Virus record (IMG/VR): IMGVR_UViG_3300028840_002431
Location: 352,540-416,539 of that record
Reading direction: 5' to 3' (one strand)
DNA: 64,000 bases
The notes beneath the pieces were generated by a model that saw only the letters and a program-made list of their open reading frames with translations, was not told where the DNA came from and searched no databases. Positions within the stretch are counted from its first letter, which is position 1; each line of letters starts with the position of its first letter. Shown piece after piece: positions 1 through 11,100 of the stretch. Made by a program: the position numbers and the translations under genes.

Positions 1-924
1 ATATGGTGTTTCCACCTCTGTGTTCGTGGTTGGGTCCCAATAGACACCCGTCACAACATAGTAAAGCGGGGCAGCGTCATCGACACTAATGAACTGATCC
101 GTATTGATGAAACCAGTCCCTCCTGCGCGACTATGGGTCCATGCGATAAACTCGTCGAACCTGTAGTTCTGAAGAGTGCTCGTGAAACGAAGTCGCCCCG
201 CCAACTGTTGGTTGTCGTGGAAGGAGTCCATCCGAATTTCTAACTCATTGCCGAACTCGTCTTCTTCCGTAACCCGGATTCGCAGATTCTTGTTGGCACT
301 CACATCCCATTCGGCCAAGTCCTCGTAGTCCAGGATGTCTGATTCTTCATACTCAATAGGAGTCGTTACCGGTTTCTCGTTAATCCGGTAGTAACCAGAG
401 GTTCCAGACGGTTCTACCGACGCATAGAAGTTGAAACCCAAGAACGTGGCCGTGTCAGTGGTAACAATGACGAGATCACCCTCATCGTCCTGGATTACGT
501 TCTCGATAGGTTGGGGTTTGGCGACGAGAATGTCGATCGTGTCTCTATTCCGATGGACTCTTATTCCCGTGGGAGTCTGTGTTTCTTGAGTGTCCGGCTC
601 CGCCACCCGTGTCACAACAACCGAAGAAGGTGCCGAAACACTCCCTACAATATCCACAGTCCTGATCAGGATTGTGTTAACGCCAAACTCTATGGGCAGT
701 CCGGTCGGATAGACCGATAAATTGGGGATCGTGAAGCCTTGTAGAACAAAGCTTACCAAGTCGGGGTCAGATACGAACGGAGCACCGTTCACAGAGATCT
801 GGATCGAAACCGTTGGGACATCAACGGTACCCTCGATAACGATCGCCTCTTGGTTAGTGGTGAACACAAGGTTAGTGGTGTACCCACTACCGTCTCGAAG
901 CGCTATTTGTGGAGCCGTTGCCAT
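1..924 (-). CDS. Partial CDS (N-terminal 308 aa, runs off the left edge); probable large baseplate wedge protein
   Basis: Not in the ORF track. Manual translation from ATG at 924 (MATAPQIALRDGSGYTTNLVFTTNQEAIVIEGTVD...) is open to position 1. It starts 3 nt after the stop of the gp25-like gene, is beta-rich, and occupies the usual baseplate J/wedge position. Confidence 0.6.
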   Translation of the reverse strand, partial: MATAPQIALRDGSGYTTNLVFTTNQEAIVIEGTVDVPTVSIQISVNGAPFVSDPDLVSFVLQGFTIPNLSVYPTGLPIEFGVNTILIRTVDIVGSVSAPSSVVVTRVAEPDTQETQTPTGIRVHRNRDTIDILVAKPQPIENVIQDDEGDLVIVTTDTATFLGFNFYASVEPSGTSGYYRINEKPVTTPIEYEESDILDYEDLAEWDVSANKNLRIRVTEEDEFGNELEIRMDSFHDNQQLAGRLRFTSTLQNYRFDEFIAWTHSRAGGTGFINTDQFISVDDAAPLYYVVTGVYWDPTTNTEVETPY

Positions 925-927
925 ACT

Positions 928-2061
928 CTAACCCGATAAGACCGTCCCGCTTAGTGATTGCCGGATAGTTCCGCCTGTTGTGTCTGGGAGTTCCAAAGCC
1001 TCTGGCAACTGCAAGCCACGAGTGAGTTGGATAGGTTCACTAGAACGATTTTGAACAGTACATGTGACGAAAACAACAGTCGGGTCCTGGGTGCTTTGTT
1101 CTAACACCACCGACAAAAGCCTGAACGGAAACTCCCTGTCCGTCACGGTTTGCCCGACATTTTCTTCTTGCTGCCTCTTGATAGACTGCCAACGGTTGAA
1201 AGCTTGGTACAAATCCGCTGTGATAATGTTCTGGGTGAAACCGCCCGCTGCCATCTTCTTGCCTATAGACTCGATGAGTTGAGTCCCGTACCACGTGTGC
1301 AGAGGGTTGCTCCCCTGTATCGTGTAAAAGTCTTTCTGTAGCTCTTGGATGAGCAAAGCCTCATCCCGAAGCTCGATGATCTTGCCATTCCTGTCATAAC
1401 GCCAGTCGTGCTCGACGCCGACGCCACCACACCGCCGACATTCTTCGCGGATCGTAACATACGAGATCTCAACGAAGTCGGAGCCGCTCCGTAGGGGTTC
1501 GTCGAAGATAACCAAACGAGTAGGACGATCCTCAAGGGTTGTGGGATCGCCAACAAGAGTCCACCCCGGAACAAGTTGTTGGCCACGGTAATTCCGGTGT
1601 GCCTGGAACCCGAAGACGCTGGCTGCCGTGCTCGTGCTCTCTATGAAAAAACTGTTGGCCGGACCACTTTCCAGGGTGGATAGCGCCAACCGCTCATTCA
1701 CCACGGAAAAGGTAATACCTCGAACCTGCCGATTCAGGAGCGCCGCCACCCGAGCAGCGTCCATACGATCCAAAGCGGGAAGAACGGCTGTCTGGACACT
1801 TCCCTGGTTCACCGATATGTCCAATGTGTCATCAACCCCAGTCGTGACGCTAAAAGGACCTCTCTTGGTGCCCGAAGTCTTGGCCGGGAGGGAGACACCC
1901 TCCGATGGCACCGAAACCTCGTTATTTAACAAGACTTTGACGGACGTTGTAGATGAAATCGGCCGTATTGGGCGAACAGTCTGTCGGTCGTCGGCTACGA
2001 ACAGCGCCTCTTCGACCACCTCGTGTGGGCACACCTGATCTATTTGCAAGTCAAAAGACAT
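928..2061 (-). CDS. Baseplate wedge / sheath-initiator protein, gp25/GPW-like C-terminal domain with N-terminal extension
   Basis: The C-terminus has the gp25-like pattern LLIQELQK...GSNPLHTWYGT...LLSVVLEQSTQDPTVVFVTCTV, preceded by CRRC. The N-terminal module FSVTTGVDDTLDISVN resembles repeats in the sheath. Confidence 0.6.
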   Translation of the reverse strand: MSFDLQIDQVCPHEVVEEALFVADDRQTVRPIRPISSTTSVKVLLNNEVSVPSEGVSLPAKTSGTKRGPFSVTTGVDDTLDISVNQGSVQTAVLPALDRMDAARVAALLNRQVRGITFSVVNERLALSTLESGPANSFFIESTSTAASVFGFQAHRNYRGQQLVPGWTLVGDPTTLEDRPTRLVIFDEPLRSGSDFVEISYVTIREECRRCGGVGVEHDWRYDRNGKIIELRDEALLIQELQKDFYTIQGSNPLHTWYGTQLIESIGKKMAAGGFTQNIITADLYQAFNRWQSIKRQQEENVGQTVTDREFPFRLLSVVLEQSTQDPTVVFVTCTVQNRSSEPIQLTRGLQLPEALELPDTTGGTIRQSLSGTVLSG

Positions 2062-2062
2062 G

Positions 2063-2797
2063 TTACGCCTTCGGCTTGACGGCCCCGTCCAAGGTCCGCT
2101 CGTAAGAAACAGGATCGCCGCGTTCCGGCCCTGGCATATACCCAGCTACAGGGGCGCGGGCGAGCTTACCGTGCGGATCTGGGTCCGCCTTATCGTTCGT
2201 GATCGCCATGTATTGCCGATCATTGGCTAGAGCCTCGATTTCACTAATGTAGAAGGCCAAGGACCCGTCAGTCTCAACACTCTCCTTGAGTAGCCTCAAC
2301 TCGCTGATTTCGGCTTCTAACTGATCGGCGTAATCCAAGGCCCGTTGGATCTTACGCTCTAGGGCCTCCCTCCTCCTGTGGAGGTCCTCACCGACCCAGT
2401 GACGCATCTTTTGGATCAGGAGAGCCGATTCGGCGTCAGACATGCCCAAAACACTAAGAACTTCACCATTGCTCATGAGTTGCGCCGGTTTTGTCTCGTC
2501 CCCGGCAAGCTGGTAGACAGGTTGCTTCTTGCTCCGGACCTGTAAATCGAATTCGACCTCGCCTCCAAGGGCCTCGTAAACCCCAAACAATTTCCCCACA
2601 TATGTGGTGGGCGGGTCGCCAGCGTAAGCCGACGGGACGCCTCCGTCATCAAACGCAAAGGCCAAGTTGCCTATCCGGTCTCGCTCAGACTCCAGGTGTA
2701 CGATCCGAGCGTCAATAAGCTGTACCTGATCCTGTACATACTTCTTGAACCGCTCGAACTGACTGGCCGTAAACGTACCGTTAAAATCAAAAGACAC
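2063..2797 (-). CDS. Hypothetical helical (coiled-coil) protein in the baseplate module
   Basis: 244 aa ORF, coupled to both neighbours, with heptad-like helices. Confidence 0.7.
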   Translation of the reverse strand: MSFDFNGTFTASQFERFKKYVQDQVQLIDARIVHLESERDRIGNLAFAFDDGGVPSAYAGDPPTTYVGKLFGVYEALGGEVEFDLQVRSKKQPVYQLAGDETKPAQLMSNGEVLSVLGMSDAESALLIQKMRHWVGEDLHRRREALERKIQRALDYADQLEAEISELRLLKESVETDGSLAFYISEIEALANDRQYMAITNDKADPDPHGKLARAPVAGYMPGPERGDPVSYERTLDGAVKPKA

Positions 2798-2823
2798 TTA
2801 CGCCTCCACGTTATACGGCACCA

Positions 2824-5004
2824 TTAGAAGATCAGAGAAAAAGCCTCCTCAAATGGGCCGATATCAACCGCTACGTACGCAAAGGACACGCCTCCTGTGT
2901 ACCCTCCGGGACCGCTGGGTGGCGGTGTCCCCCCGGCGTTATCGATCAACCTTACCCATTCGTTGACATCCCCTTCCACAGACGGAACACTTAGAATGTA
3001 GAAGCCGACCGAAAGACTTAACACAAAATCCAAAATCGAAATCAAATAAGCCAAGAACTCTTCTAGGACATCGATCTTACGGATAAGAAGATCGATGAAA
3101 GCCTTGAGTTCGTCTATAACACCCTTGTAGGCGTCAAGAAGAGCTTGCATCTTGGCGAGCAAGTCATATAGAAGCTGCCCCGACCAAGGTACGATATCCC
3201 TGAGAAGGCTGATCTGAATCCAGTCCGGGGGCGTTCCACCAAGAGTAAAAGCCTTACAGAAGTTCACAGCCCTTAACACGTTTTCGCGAACTTTGGTGTC
3301 CTCAAAAGCACGAGAGTAAAGAACTCCCGCGTCCTGTACCCCTCCCTGACCCGCCTCCGTGGGGTCCTGGACTTCTGTGATCTCGAACACAAGTTCTGAG
3401 ATATTAGTAGCCGTCAGACCCTCTACGTCCGGGTCGCCCTCAGGGTAAGGGCCTTCCATAAGGGCCTTGAACGAAACGGCGTTGTTGGCCTCTAACATCG
3501 CCCCGGCCACGATCGACGCCAGACGGGTTGAGTTCCTCCTGACCAAGGAATTATTCCAAGGGAGTTCTGGTAGCTCGCCTGTGGCCGGGTCCGGTTGGAA
3601 GATAGAGGTGATATCAGTGGACCCGGCCCCCTCGAACTCCCCGCCAACCAACGGGATAGCCGCAAACGACGACAAAGGCCCGGACAGAGAGGTCAAAGAC
3701 CCTTTTCCAATATCCTCAGGATCTGTGGGATCTTGGGCCTGACCGTTCTCATCCTTATCAGGAGGCAGGTGAAAGTTCAGGGAGAACGCCGTCTGGAACA
3801 ACCGCTTGAGGTTCTCGATGACATCGAAGTCCTCCGGGTATTCCGGAATCCGTATAGGGCTGACAGGGGAAGCCTTTCCCATGACGGGCGCGTCGTTCGG
3901 GTCGGTGCCGGGCCACTCTATAAAAGGGACCTGATCCACCACGTTGGCTTCCGGTGATTTGAAGTTAACTGTCGTGCCCGTGATATCCAGGTTGCCGCTG
4001 TAAGCCCTGACTCTGTAATAATACGTCTTGTTCAACTCAACATCGTCGTCGATGTATCTGTAGGTGCCGAGTTGCCCCAGAAGAAAAGTCGCGGTGTTGG
4101 TAGTGGCGTCGATGACGATATACTTCTGAAACTTGTAGAACGGGTCGTTGTATTGATCGAACAGACGGGTCTTGCGTATGATGTTTTGGCCCGGCTCTCC
4201 GCGAGCCTCGAACTTCGTAGGGACTTCCGCCGTGACCTGACCACAGGCGTCAGGATTCCCTAGCTCAGATACATCGACCTCCCCTACCGCTGGGTTCTTC
4301 TCACTCTTCTCAATGAGGAACCTGGGAGGGATAAACTGAGTAGCAATTTGCCCGAATAGATCGGAGAAACCTGGATCTCCTGGGACAGTTGTCGGAGGCA
4401 GGGACCACTCAACCACAACAGACTCTGGCTGGTCCTGGAACACCTTGACGACAGAAAGTATAGGGTCCCCGTCGTCGCCTAACGGAAGTACTTTGAAGTT
4501 AGCCGGGGCCAAATATTGAGGGGATAGAAACTCCTTACCCAAGAAATCGAGCAGGATTTTCATCAGCCGGACGAGACCCAGCGGCCCCTCTGCGTCCGCC
4601 ACAATAATAACAAACCCACTCTTCGTCACGACCGGGATAGGTTGCGGCCTGTTAGGGTCCCTGGAATCATATAACCCGGCCTTGTAGCGAGTCGTGAACG
4701 CGGGAAAACCACCAACGAAACGGTTGAAGTTAGGATCTACAAGAGGGTCGGGGACATCGAACCACCCGTAAATACCCGTCCGTTTGAGGGCTTCGAATAG
4801 CTGTAAGATCCTCTGGATGAGTGCTTCCAGGAGCGCCTTGAGCGGGTTGCCGAAGTCAATTAAGAAAGCCTTCACAGTCTCCAAAATGGCCTTGATGACC
4901 TCCAAAAAGACCATCAGGGTTTCGAGGATGTTCCTTGCCCCTTCCAGCAAATCCTCGCCGGGGAGTTTGATCTCGAAAGACTGCCAATTTGGAGGTGCGG
5001 CCAT
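2824..5004 (-). CDS. Hypothetical virion protein with a central FN3-like domain and duplicated hydrophobic helical ends
   Basis: 726 aa. FN3-like strand DDDVELNKTYYYRVRAY; long amphipathic/hydrophobic helices at both the N- and C-termini. Confidence 0.65.
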   Translation of the reverse strand: MAAPPNWQSFEIKLPGEDLLEGARNILETLMVFLEVIKAILETVKAFLIDFGNPLKALLEALIQRILQLFEALKRTGIYGWFDVPDPLVDPNFNRFVGGFPAFTTRYKAGLYDSRDPNRPQPIPVVTKSGFVIIVADAEGPLGLVRLMKILLDFLGKEFLSPQYLAPANFKVLPLGDDGDPILSVVKVFQDQPESVVVEWSLPPTTVPGDPGFSDLFGQIATQFIPPRFLIEKSEKNPAVGEVDVSELGNPDACGQVTAEVPTKFEARGEPGQNIIRKTRLFDQYNDPFYKFQKYIVIDATTNTATFLLGQLGTYRYIDDDVELNKTYYYRVRAYSGNLDITGTTVNFKSPEANVVDQVPFIEWPGTDPNDAPVMGKASPVSPIRIPEYPEDFDVIENLKRLFQTAFSLNFHLPPDKDENGQAQDPTDPEDIGKGSLTSLSGPLSSFAAIPLVGGEFEGAGSTDITSIFQPDPATGELPELPWNNSLVRRNSTRLASIVAGAMLEANNAVSFKALMEGPYPEGDPDVEGLTATNISELVFEITEVQDPTEAGQGGVQDAGVLYSRAFEDTKVRENVLRAVNFCKAFTLGGTPPDWIQISLLRDIVPWSGQLLYDLLAKMQALLDAYKGVIDELKAFIDLLIRKIDVLEEFLAYLISILDFVLSLSVGFYILSVPSVEGDVNEWVRLIDNAGGTPPPSGPGGYTGGVSFAYVAVDIGPFEEAFSLIF

Positions 5005-5180
5005 TAGCTACCGTATTGAAGCTTCTCTAGCTTCCGTTTGAGGCTGGCGATCTCGGCCTTGGTCGCGGCAATACCGAGTTCGCAGACCTGTTTCATGTGT
5101 TCGTTGAGCGCGAAGTTGCGCTTCTCCCATTTTGGAAACTCTTGCTTTTGAGTCTCACCCGGCTTCTTTTCGTTGTCCAT
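5004..5180 (-). CDS. Small hypothetical coiled-coil protein (58 aa)
   Basis: Start moved to the ATG at 5180 (MDNEKK), which has GAGGAGG upstream; its stop overlaps the next ATG. Confidence 0.6.
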   Translation of the reverse strand: MDNEKKPGETQKQEFPKWEKRNFALNEHMKQVCELGIAATKAEIASLKRKLEKLQYGS

Positions 5181-5181
5181 T

Positions 5182-8100
5182 CTAAGCCTCCTCAACGGCA
5201 AGCAGTTTGATCAGTTGGTTGTAGAAGTCCTCTTGCGCCTCTATCCGATTATCAACGGCTATGGCCTGTTGCACGATCAGGCCGGACTTCAAATTGATCC
5301 TTGTGTCAATCCACGTGTACCGGCCATCGTACAATTTGTCGGTGTTGGCCAGGATGTTCTCGATAAGTTCTATCGTAGCCGGGATATCAGTAGTTAGACG
5401 GGCGTCCACGAGAACGTCCCTGGCATCCAGGTCGGATGTCAGCGTCGGCCGTGCAAACGCCGCTGGAACCCCCGCTACGGGAACCGGGTCGTTAATCAAT
5501 GTCTGGAAGGCGATGGTGTTAGCTTCCAGGGCCGCAATACTCTGATAGAGAGTAAAGAGGGCCTGGACCGTGGCCTTGGACACACCAAAGAGCTTCACGA
5601 TCCGGTAAGAAATACCGGACTGGGTGGCCGGGAAGGGCGTCTCAACCTCCAACTGGGTCTCCGAAAGGACGTTTTCGACCTGATAGATGCCCGCGTTGGG
5701 TCCGGCCACGATGTACACGAAATGGGCCTGAGACACCTCTGATGTAAGAAAGGTGCCGTTCACGTCATCGAGCGTCTTCAAGCCAACGGTTGTCTCTCCC
5801 GTAGCACTGGTGAAGATGTCGGTGAAGACCTGATCCAGGAAATCCAAAATGTACGTTTGCTCGTCGGCGTATACCCCCAACTGGCCCGTCAAAGCATCGT
5901 TCAAAAGAGCCAAGTAGTCGTTGGAGGAACCGCCATACGTGGCCAGCGAGTTATCAATTCGATACGCACCACCGGCTGTAGACGGCAAAGGCGCGTCCAA
6001 CCGTACGTGCGTGTTATCTATAATATCTATGATTTGACGACGCTCCCCAGTGTTAGCACTGGGCGGGTCAACATAAACCACGGTGTAACCTACCCTCGCT
6101 TGACTCAGAAAGATCGCGGTGGCGTCGAAGAGTATGGTTGGATCGGGATCAAACATACCCAACCCGCCCACTGTGATGGAGCTAACCGCTATCTCGAACG
6201 TGACCGCGCCCGGCGTGGACCCGAGTGCCGTGTCCACCGTGATCGTGTTAGCCCCGACGGTCGTTATGCGAGCAAAAGCAGAAGGTCCATCGGGACCAGC
6301 GATGACACGGGCTATATCGTACTTCTCCGGATCTAAAGGCGGAGGAGGCCATGGACCCGCCCCGTTAGTAATGATCGTCCCGGTGCCGTCAATAGTACCT
6401 GTAGCCACGTACGGAGAGGTCGTCAGACCTCTTATGATGCCCGTCGGATTATGGATTATCTGGTCTTCTGTCCACAGGAACCCGTTCTGCTCGTTATCCG
6501 GGTCCGGCGTCTGGATCGGGAAGCTCAGATCCCCGTCGTCGTCTGTGATGCCACCATAAAGGGCCGGGAACTTTTCAGGCGCTGTTAAGGTATTGATCAG
6601 ATTAATCTTACCCGAAAGAGCCTGTTCCTCCTTCAGAGGCGTGTTGGATATCGAAGAAATCTCCTCGATGTAAATGATCTGGCCGCTCTCTCCGTTGAAC
6701 GAGTAATCCCGGCTAAAGAGATAATAAATCAACTCGTCAGGACCGGTTTGAGCGGAGCCGTCAATTGGGGAACGATAAATAGTAGTCCCCACGTCCGCCG
6801 TGCCCGCCAAGCCAGTTATACCAAGAGTAGTCGCTGTGACCGAAGTAACGGTAACAGGCGAACTGCTATCGTTGATATAGGTGCCGTCACGGCGCTGAAC
6901 GATACACTCCATGCCGGTTTTGAAAGGTGGCCGAGCGTACTCCTCCGAGCCTTCCGCGACATCTACCTTGAGTAAAGCCGGACCAGAAAACTCGGTAGAC
7001 TCCATGACGACAGCCCACGCGAGCCGTGTGCGCAAACCAAATACGAGTGTGATATTGGTTGACCCAGTGTCCGCGACCTCGTCCCCGGTTTCCGATGTGG
7101 GCGTGACCGCCGACACAGCGTAGAAATTCTTGTCCGTCGGGTAGAAACGACTCCTGGTTCCAGGGATGTAATACTTCTGGAAGGTGCCGATAGAGGTAAC
7201 AGCGAAAGGCGGGAAGGTTATCTCGTAGGGAGCGTCGGATACCTTGATAACATCGTCAATCTGGTTCGTAACTGGTCCAGGAGGATGCTCCGCGCCCGTT
7301 GTCCCGTCAAACAGCAACAGCCCGTCATTGTTGCCCACAACACGACCGTCCAGAGCACGAAGATAGACTTCGAGGAGGTTGACGGCGTCGTTGTAGAAAA
7401 GAAGCGTGGATCTGGCGATGATATCCTGGTTGGCAAGATGTTTTTCGTCGAAATAAAGAGACGGTCGGCCTTGCTCAAACAGTTGGGGTTGCGAAGCGTT
7501 CTCCGTCTGCGGGCCAGAAGAACCACTGCTCGCGTCTGACGCTATCTCCTGAGCATACTCGCCCCGGAAATTGGTCATCGTCTCAACGCGATAGTAGAAC
7601 GAGTCAGGGGACAGGATGGAATAGTTGGCCAACAAAATCTGGCCCAGCAAACCGTTAGAACTGTTGGGTGTTATCTGACTCGTGTAAGAAGCACGTAGAT
7701 TGATGCCCGCTTCCGCCACTTCGTAGCCCGTGTAAAAAATCGAGAACTCTTCTCTGGCCTTGAGAGCCTCCGAAAAGATTACCCGACCAGAGTTGTCGAT
7801 CTGGAACTGGGTTGGTTCAACGAGAATAACACCCGGTTCCCCTTCGACACGCCGATAGACCGTGTAAGGTTCCGTTAGAACCGGAACACGACTTGTCTGT
7901 ACCTCAGTGGTCGGAGGCTCGAAGATTGGTCGCACCGAGTAAAACAGAAGCTGGGAGCCGGACACATACTGCCGAATCGCATTGGCTGTTAACGAGACCT
8001 CCGTACGATTGGTTTCGCCGTCGTAATCCGTCCCTGACACCTGTAGGAAATCGGTGAAAGAGCCTCCGCTATCCGTGAACAACAACACTGTGCCGGTGCG

Positions 8101-11100
8101 GTAGGCATTGGTCCGATCCCCCGAAATCAAAAACGTGTTGCTCCCACGCGCAATGGCCTCAAAACTCTCAAGCTCCGCTGCGAAATACGACGGAGCCAGC
8201 GGGGCGCTCGTGATAGGAGTTGCTCCTGAAGAGACGAACACGTTCGGGTCCGTGAACGCATCCTGGAAAACCTGATTCCCATAGAGTTCGACAGTGGTCT
8301 CGTTTGTCGTCGGGTTGTATGTCGAGCTACCTATCAGATAGACCTGCTCGTTCTCGATACGAAGCAAGTAGTCTGGTGGGAAGCTCGCGGTGTGGTCTCC
8401 ATGGACGGTGAATTTATTGTTCGGGTCCCCGTTCTCGTCAATCACGGCAATGTTAACAACAGCCGTCAGAATGGGCGGATTGAGCACCGTGATGGTCTTC
8501 TCCCCGCCCACAGCCTGAGTCACGTAGTAGTCGATGTAGACACGCTCGTCCGGCCCGATGGTCGCCCCATGGGGCAGCGCATCTGTCAAATGGTCGTCGG
8601 GGAGAAACGTAATCGTAGATGCCGCCGTATCTACCGTACATTGAACCCCGAGTTCCTGTGGGCGACCGCCTCGAAACACCGCAGGGGGTGGGTCATCAGC
8701 CACATCCAATCCAGCCACGTTGAATTCCAAGGTGGACGTAGGGGTTGGATGATCCTGAGTGATCTCCTTACGGATCAAGAACCGGCCATACTCCTGTTGA
8801 GGAGGATCAGGGTCCGTCGGCGGTTCAGTGGAAGGCGGTTCCGTTGTGTATGTAACCAGGATCTCCTCTAGGGAGAGCATTCGGTCAGTAAATTGGATCA
8901 GCCCCAAACCAGCTTGAAGGATATAGTCGGTCTTGATGACCAGTTCCCGCATCCAGAAGACTTCGGTCCCAAGATCGGCTGCGGAGAAGTTCAGATTACC
9001 CGTCGCCTCGCTTATCTCCACGGTCCCGGCTGGCGGGCTGGTGAAATCAAGGTCCGTAGGTACGAGCACAACCGTGGCAAACTGGGCGGCGGCGGCCGGG
9101 CCGAAGCGGAAACCAGAGGTTGTGACGTATGCCGTCGGGATGTTCAGACGAGGAGCGTTAGTAGCTGGCCCCAGTGACCGTAAGCGTTGTACCTTGGTGG
9201 ACGGATCGATCAGTATCACTTCACCAAAGAACCGGTCCGCGAGGATTTCCCGGTTCTGCCGAATAGTATAAGCCGCCCCGGTAACACTCGCGGGAGACGC
9301 TACGTCCGTCTCCAATTCCGTCGCGGACACAACATTGGCGACCGTGTAGACCCCTTCGGCGGCCGTTGTGGACACCTCTATCAAATACCCAGGTTGAATG
9401 CCCGTGCTGACAAAATCAGCTAGAGGGTCTTCAAATGTGGTCCCTGAAAACGAGGCCACCCCTTCCACGATGATCGGATAGCTCGTTACAAGGGAGACAA
9501 CACCAGAAGTCGGATCAAGTAGTGCGTCAGTCCCAAGAACCAGCGGAGTGTAAGTACCGGTCCCTGGACCTGTCTCAAGCTCCAAAACAATGTTACCAGT
9601 CAAGACCAATGGGTCCGGTAACGCGACACCCGTGGTCGGCTGAAGAATTGGCACCAGTGTCTGATACTTACGCTGGGCGAAATACAACACGCCTTCGTCG
9701 AAGCCGATGTAATACCCAAGCCCTGTCGGCGGAGAAGGCACATCGAGACGCGGGAAATTGCTCGATATGTATGTGCCTTGGCCCTGAGCGATTTCTATGA
9801 CGAGGGGGTAGGCTGGATCGTCGATAGGCGTCGAGGGTAAGAACACCTGAGGGGACGCGATAATAGGGTCGGCCCAAACCGCGTTCGTAACCTCATAAAA
9901 CGCTGTGACATCCTTGATTGTCTGGGACGCATCGAGATTCACAGGTGTGCGTAGGAACCGGACCGAAATACCACGCTCGATCGGAAGGTCTCCGAATATG
10001 ACAGTTACCGACTCCCCGGCATATTTGGCTTGATCGGCGGCCGAAAACTGGACCGCACCGGAAGACGGGTCAACCTGGACCACCCCGGTCTTGCCCGAAG
10101 AGAACAAGGCGCTGTCCAGATACGTGAATTGAGGGAACTGGTAATAAGGGCTGGCGTTAGGGAGCGCGAAAATCAAATCCACGCCGGTCGGCGGCAACCC
10201 TGTGATAGCCGCTGGCGCGGCGATATCGCCCAGTACCTGTCTTGGAAGCGTCAGCCCTTTATCGTACAACACGCCGTCGTAATAAACCGGTGTCCCGGAG
10301 TAGTTAGATATGTCAGTCGGGTTGAACTTCAATCGTCCTGTGTCCAAGGCCCAGTTGACCGTTCCAGACGCCGGGGACGGCAAAGGCTCAGTCGGGAACT
10401 CGACAGTCTCCAAGTACAACCCGAACCCGAACCTCAGTAATGGGATCTGACCGGTACCCGGTATGGGGTTCAAGAGGACAACGTCATCGTCGATCAACCC
10501 GATGCTTGTCGAATCTTTGAACTCGAAGAACTGTTGCTGTTGCCACCGAACAAGCTGACCGGAGTAGGTCGTCAGGTCCCCGGTGTTCCAGTTCAGGTGC
10601 CCTGTCTCAAGAGACAACTCGGCTGTCCCGGAAGGAGGACTGCCAAACCCGGAGTCATCGGCTACGATGGAAACTGTCCAGGTTGTGCCACTTCCCGTGG
10701 AACCGACCGCCAGACGGTATGGCGCTCCCAGCACAGGGGCGGACCTTACCGGAGGTCGAACCGTTATCCGATCGACGTTGGAGTCTACAGTGAGAGTCCC
10801 CGCCTCTGTTACAACGCTCCCAGGCAAAGGTGCGAATCGACCGGCAGCGGCCTGATAATCGAGGCGCTGGACAACCTCGTTCTTGGTCCACCCGAACTCC
10901 GCGTTCGCCAAAAGACCGGCGATTGGCGTCCCCTCAGAGGTGATCAAAACCAGATAATCGTTACGAGGCTCCGACTCATCAGAAGGGTAGGCTGTGTCGA
11001 AAGCCGTCTGATCTGAAATATAGTTGTCCGGCGTCTGTGTGAACGGAGAATTGGCTTGACCAACTCTAATCGGTTCCAACACATATCCGCTGATACTGAA

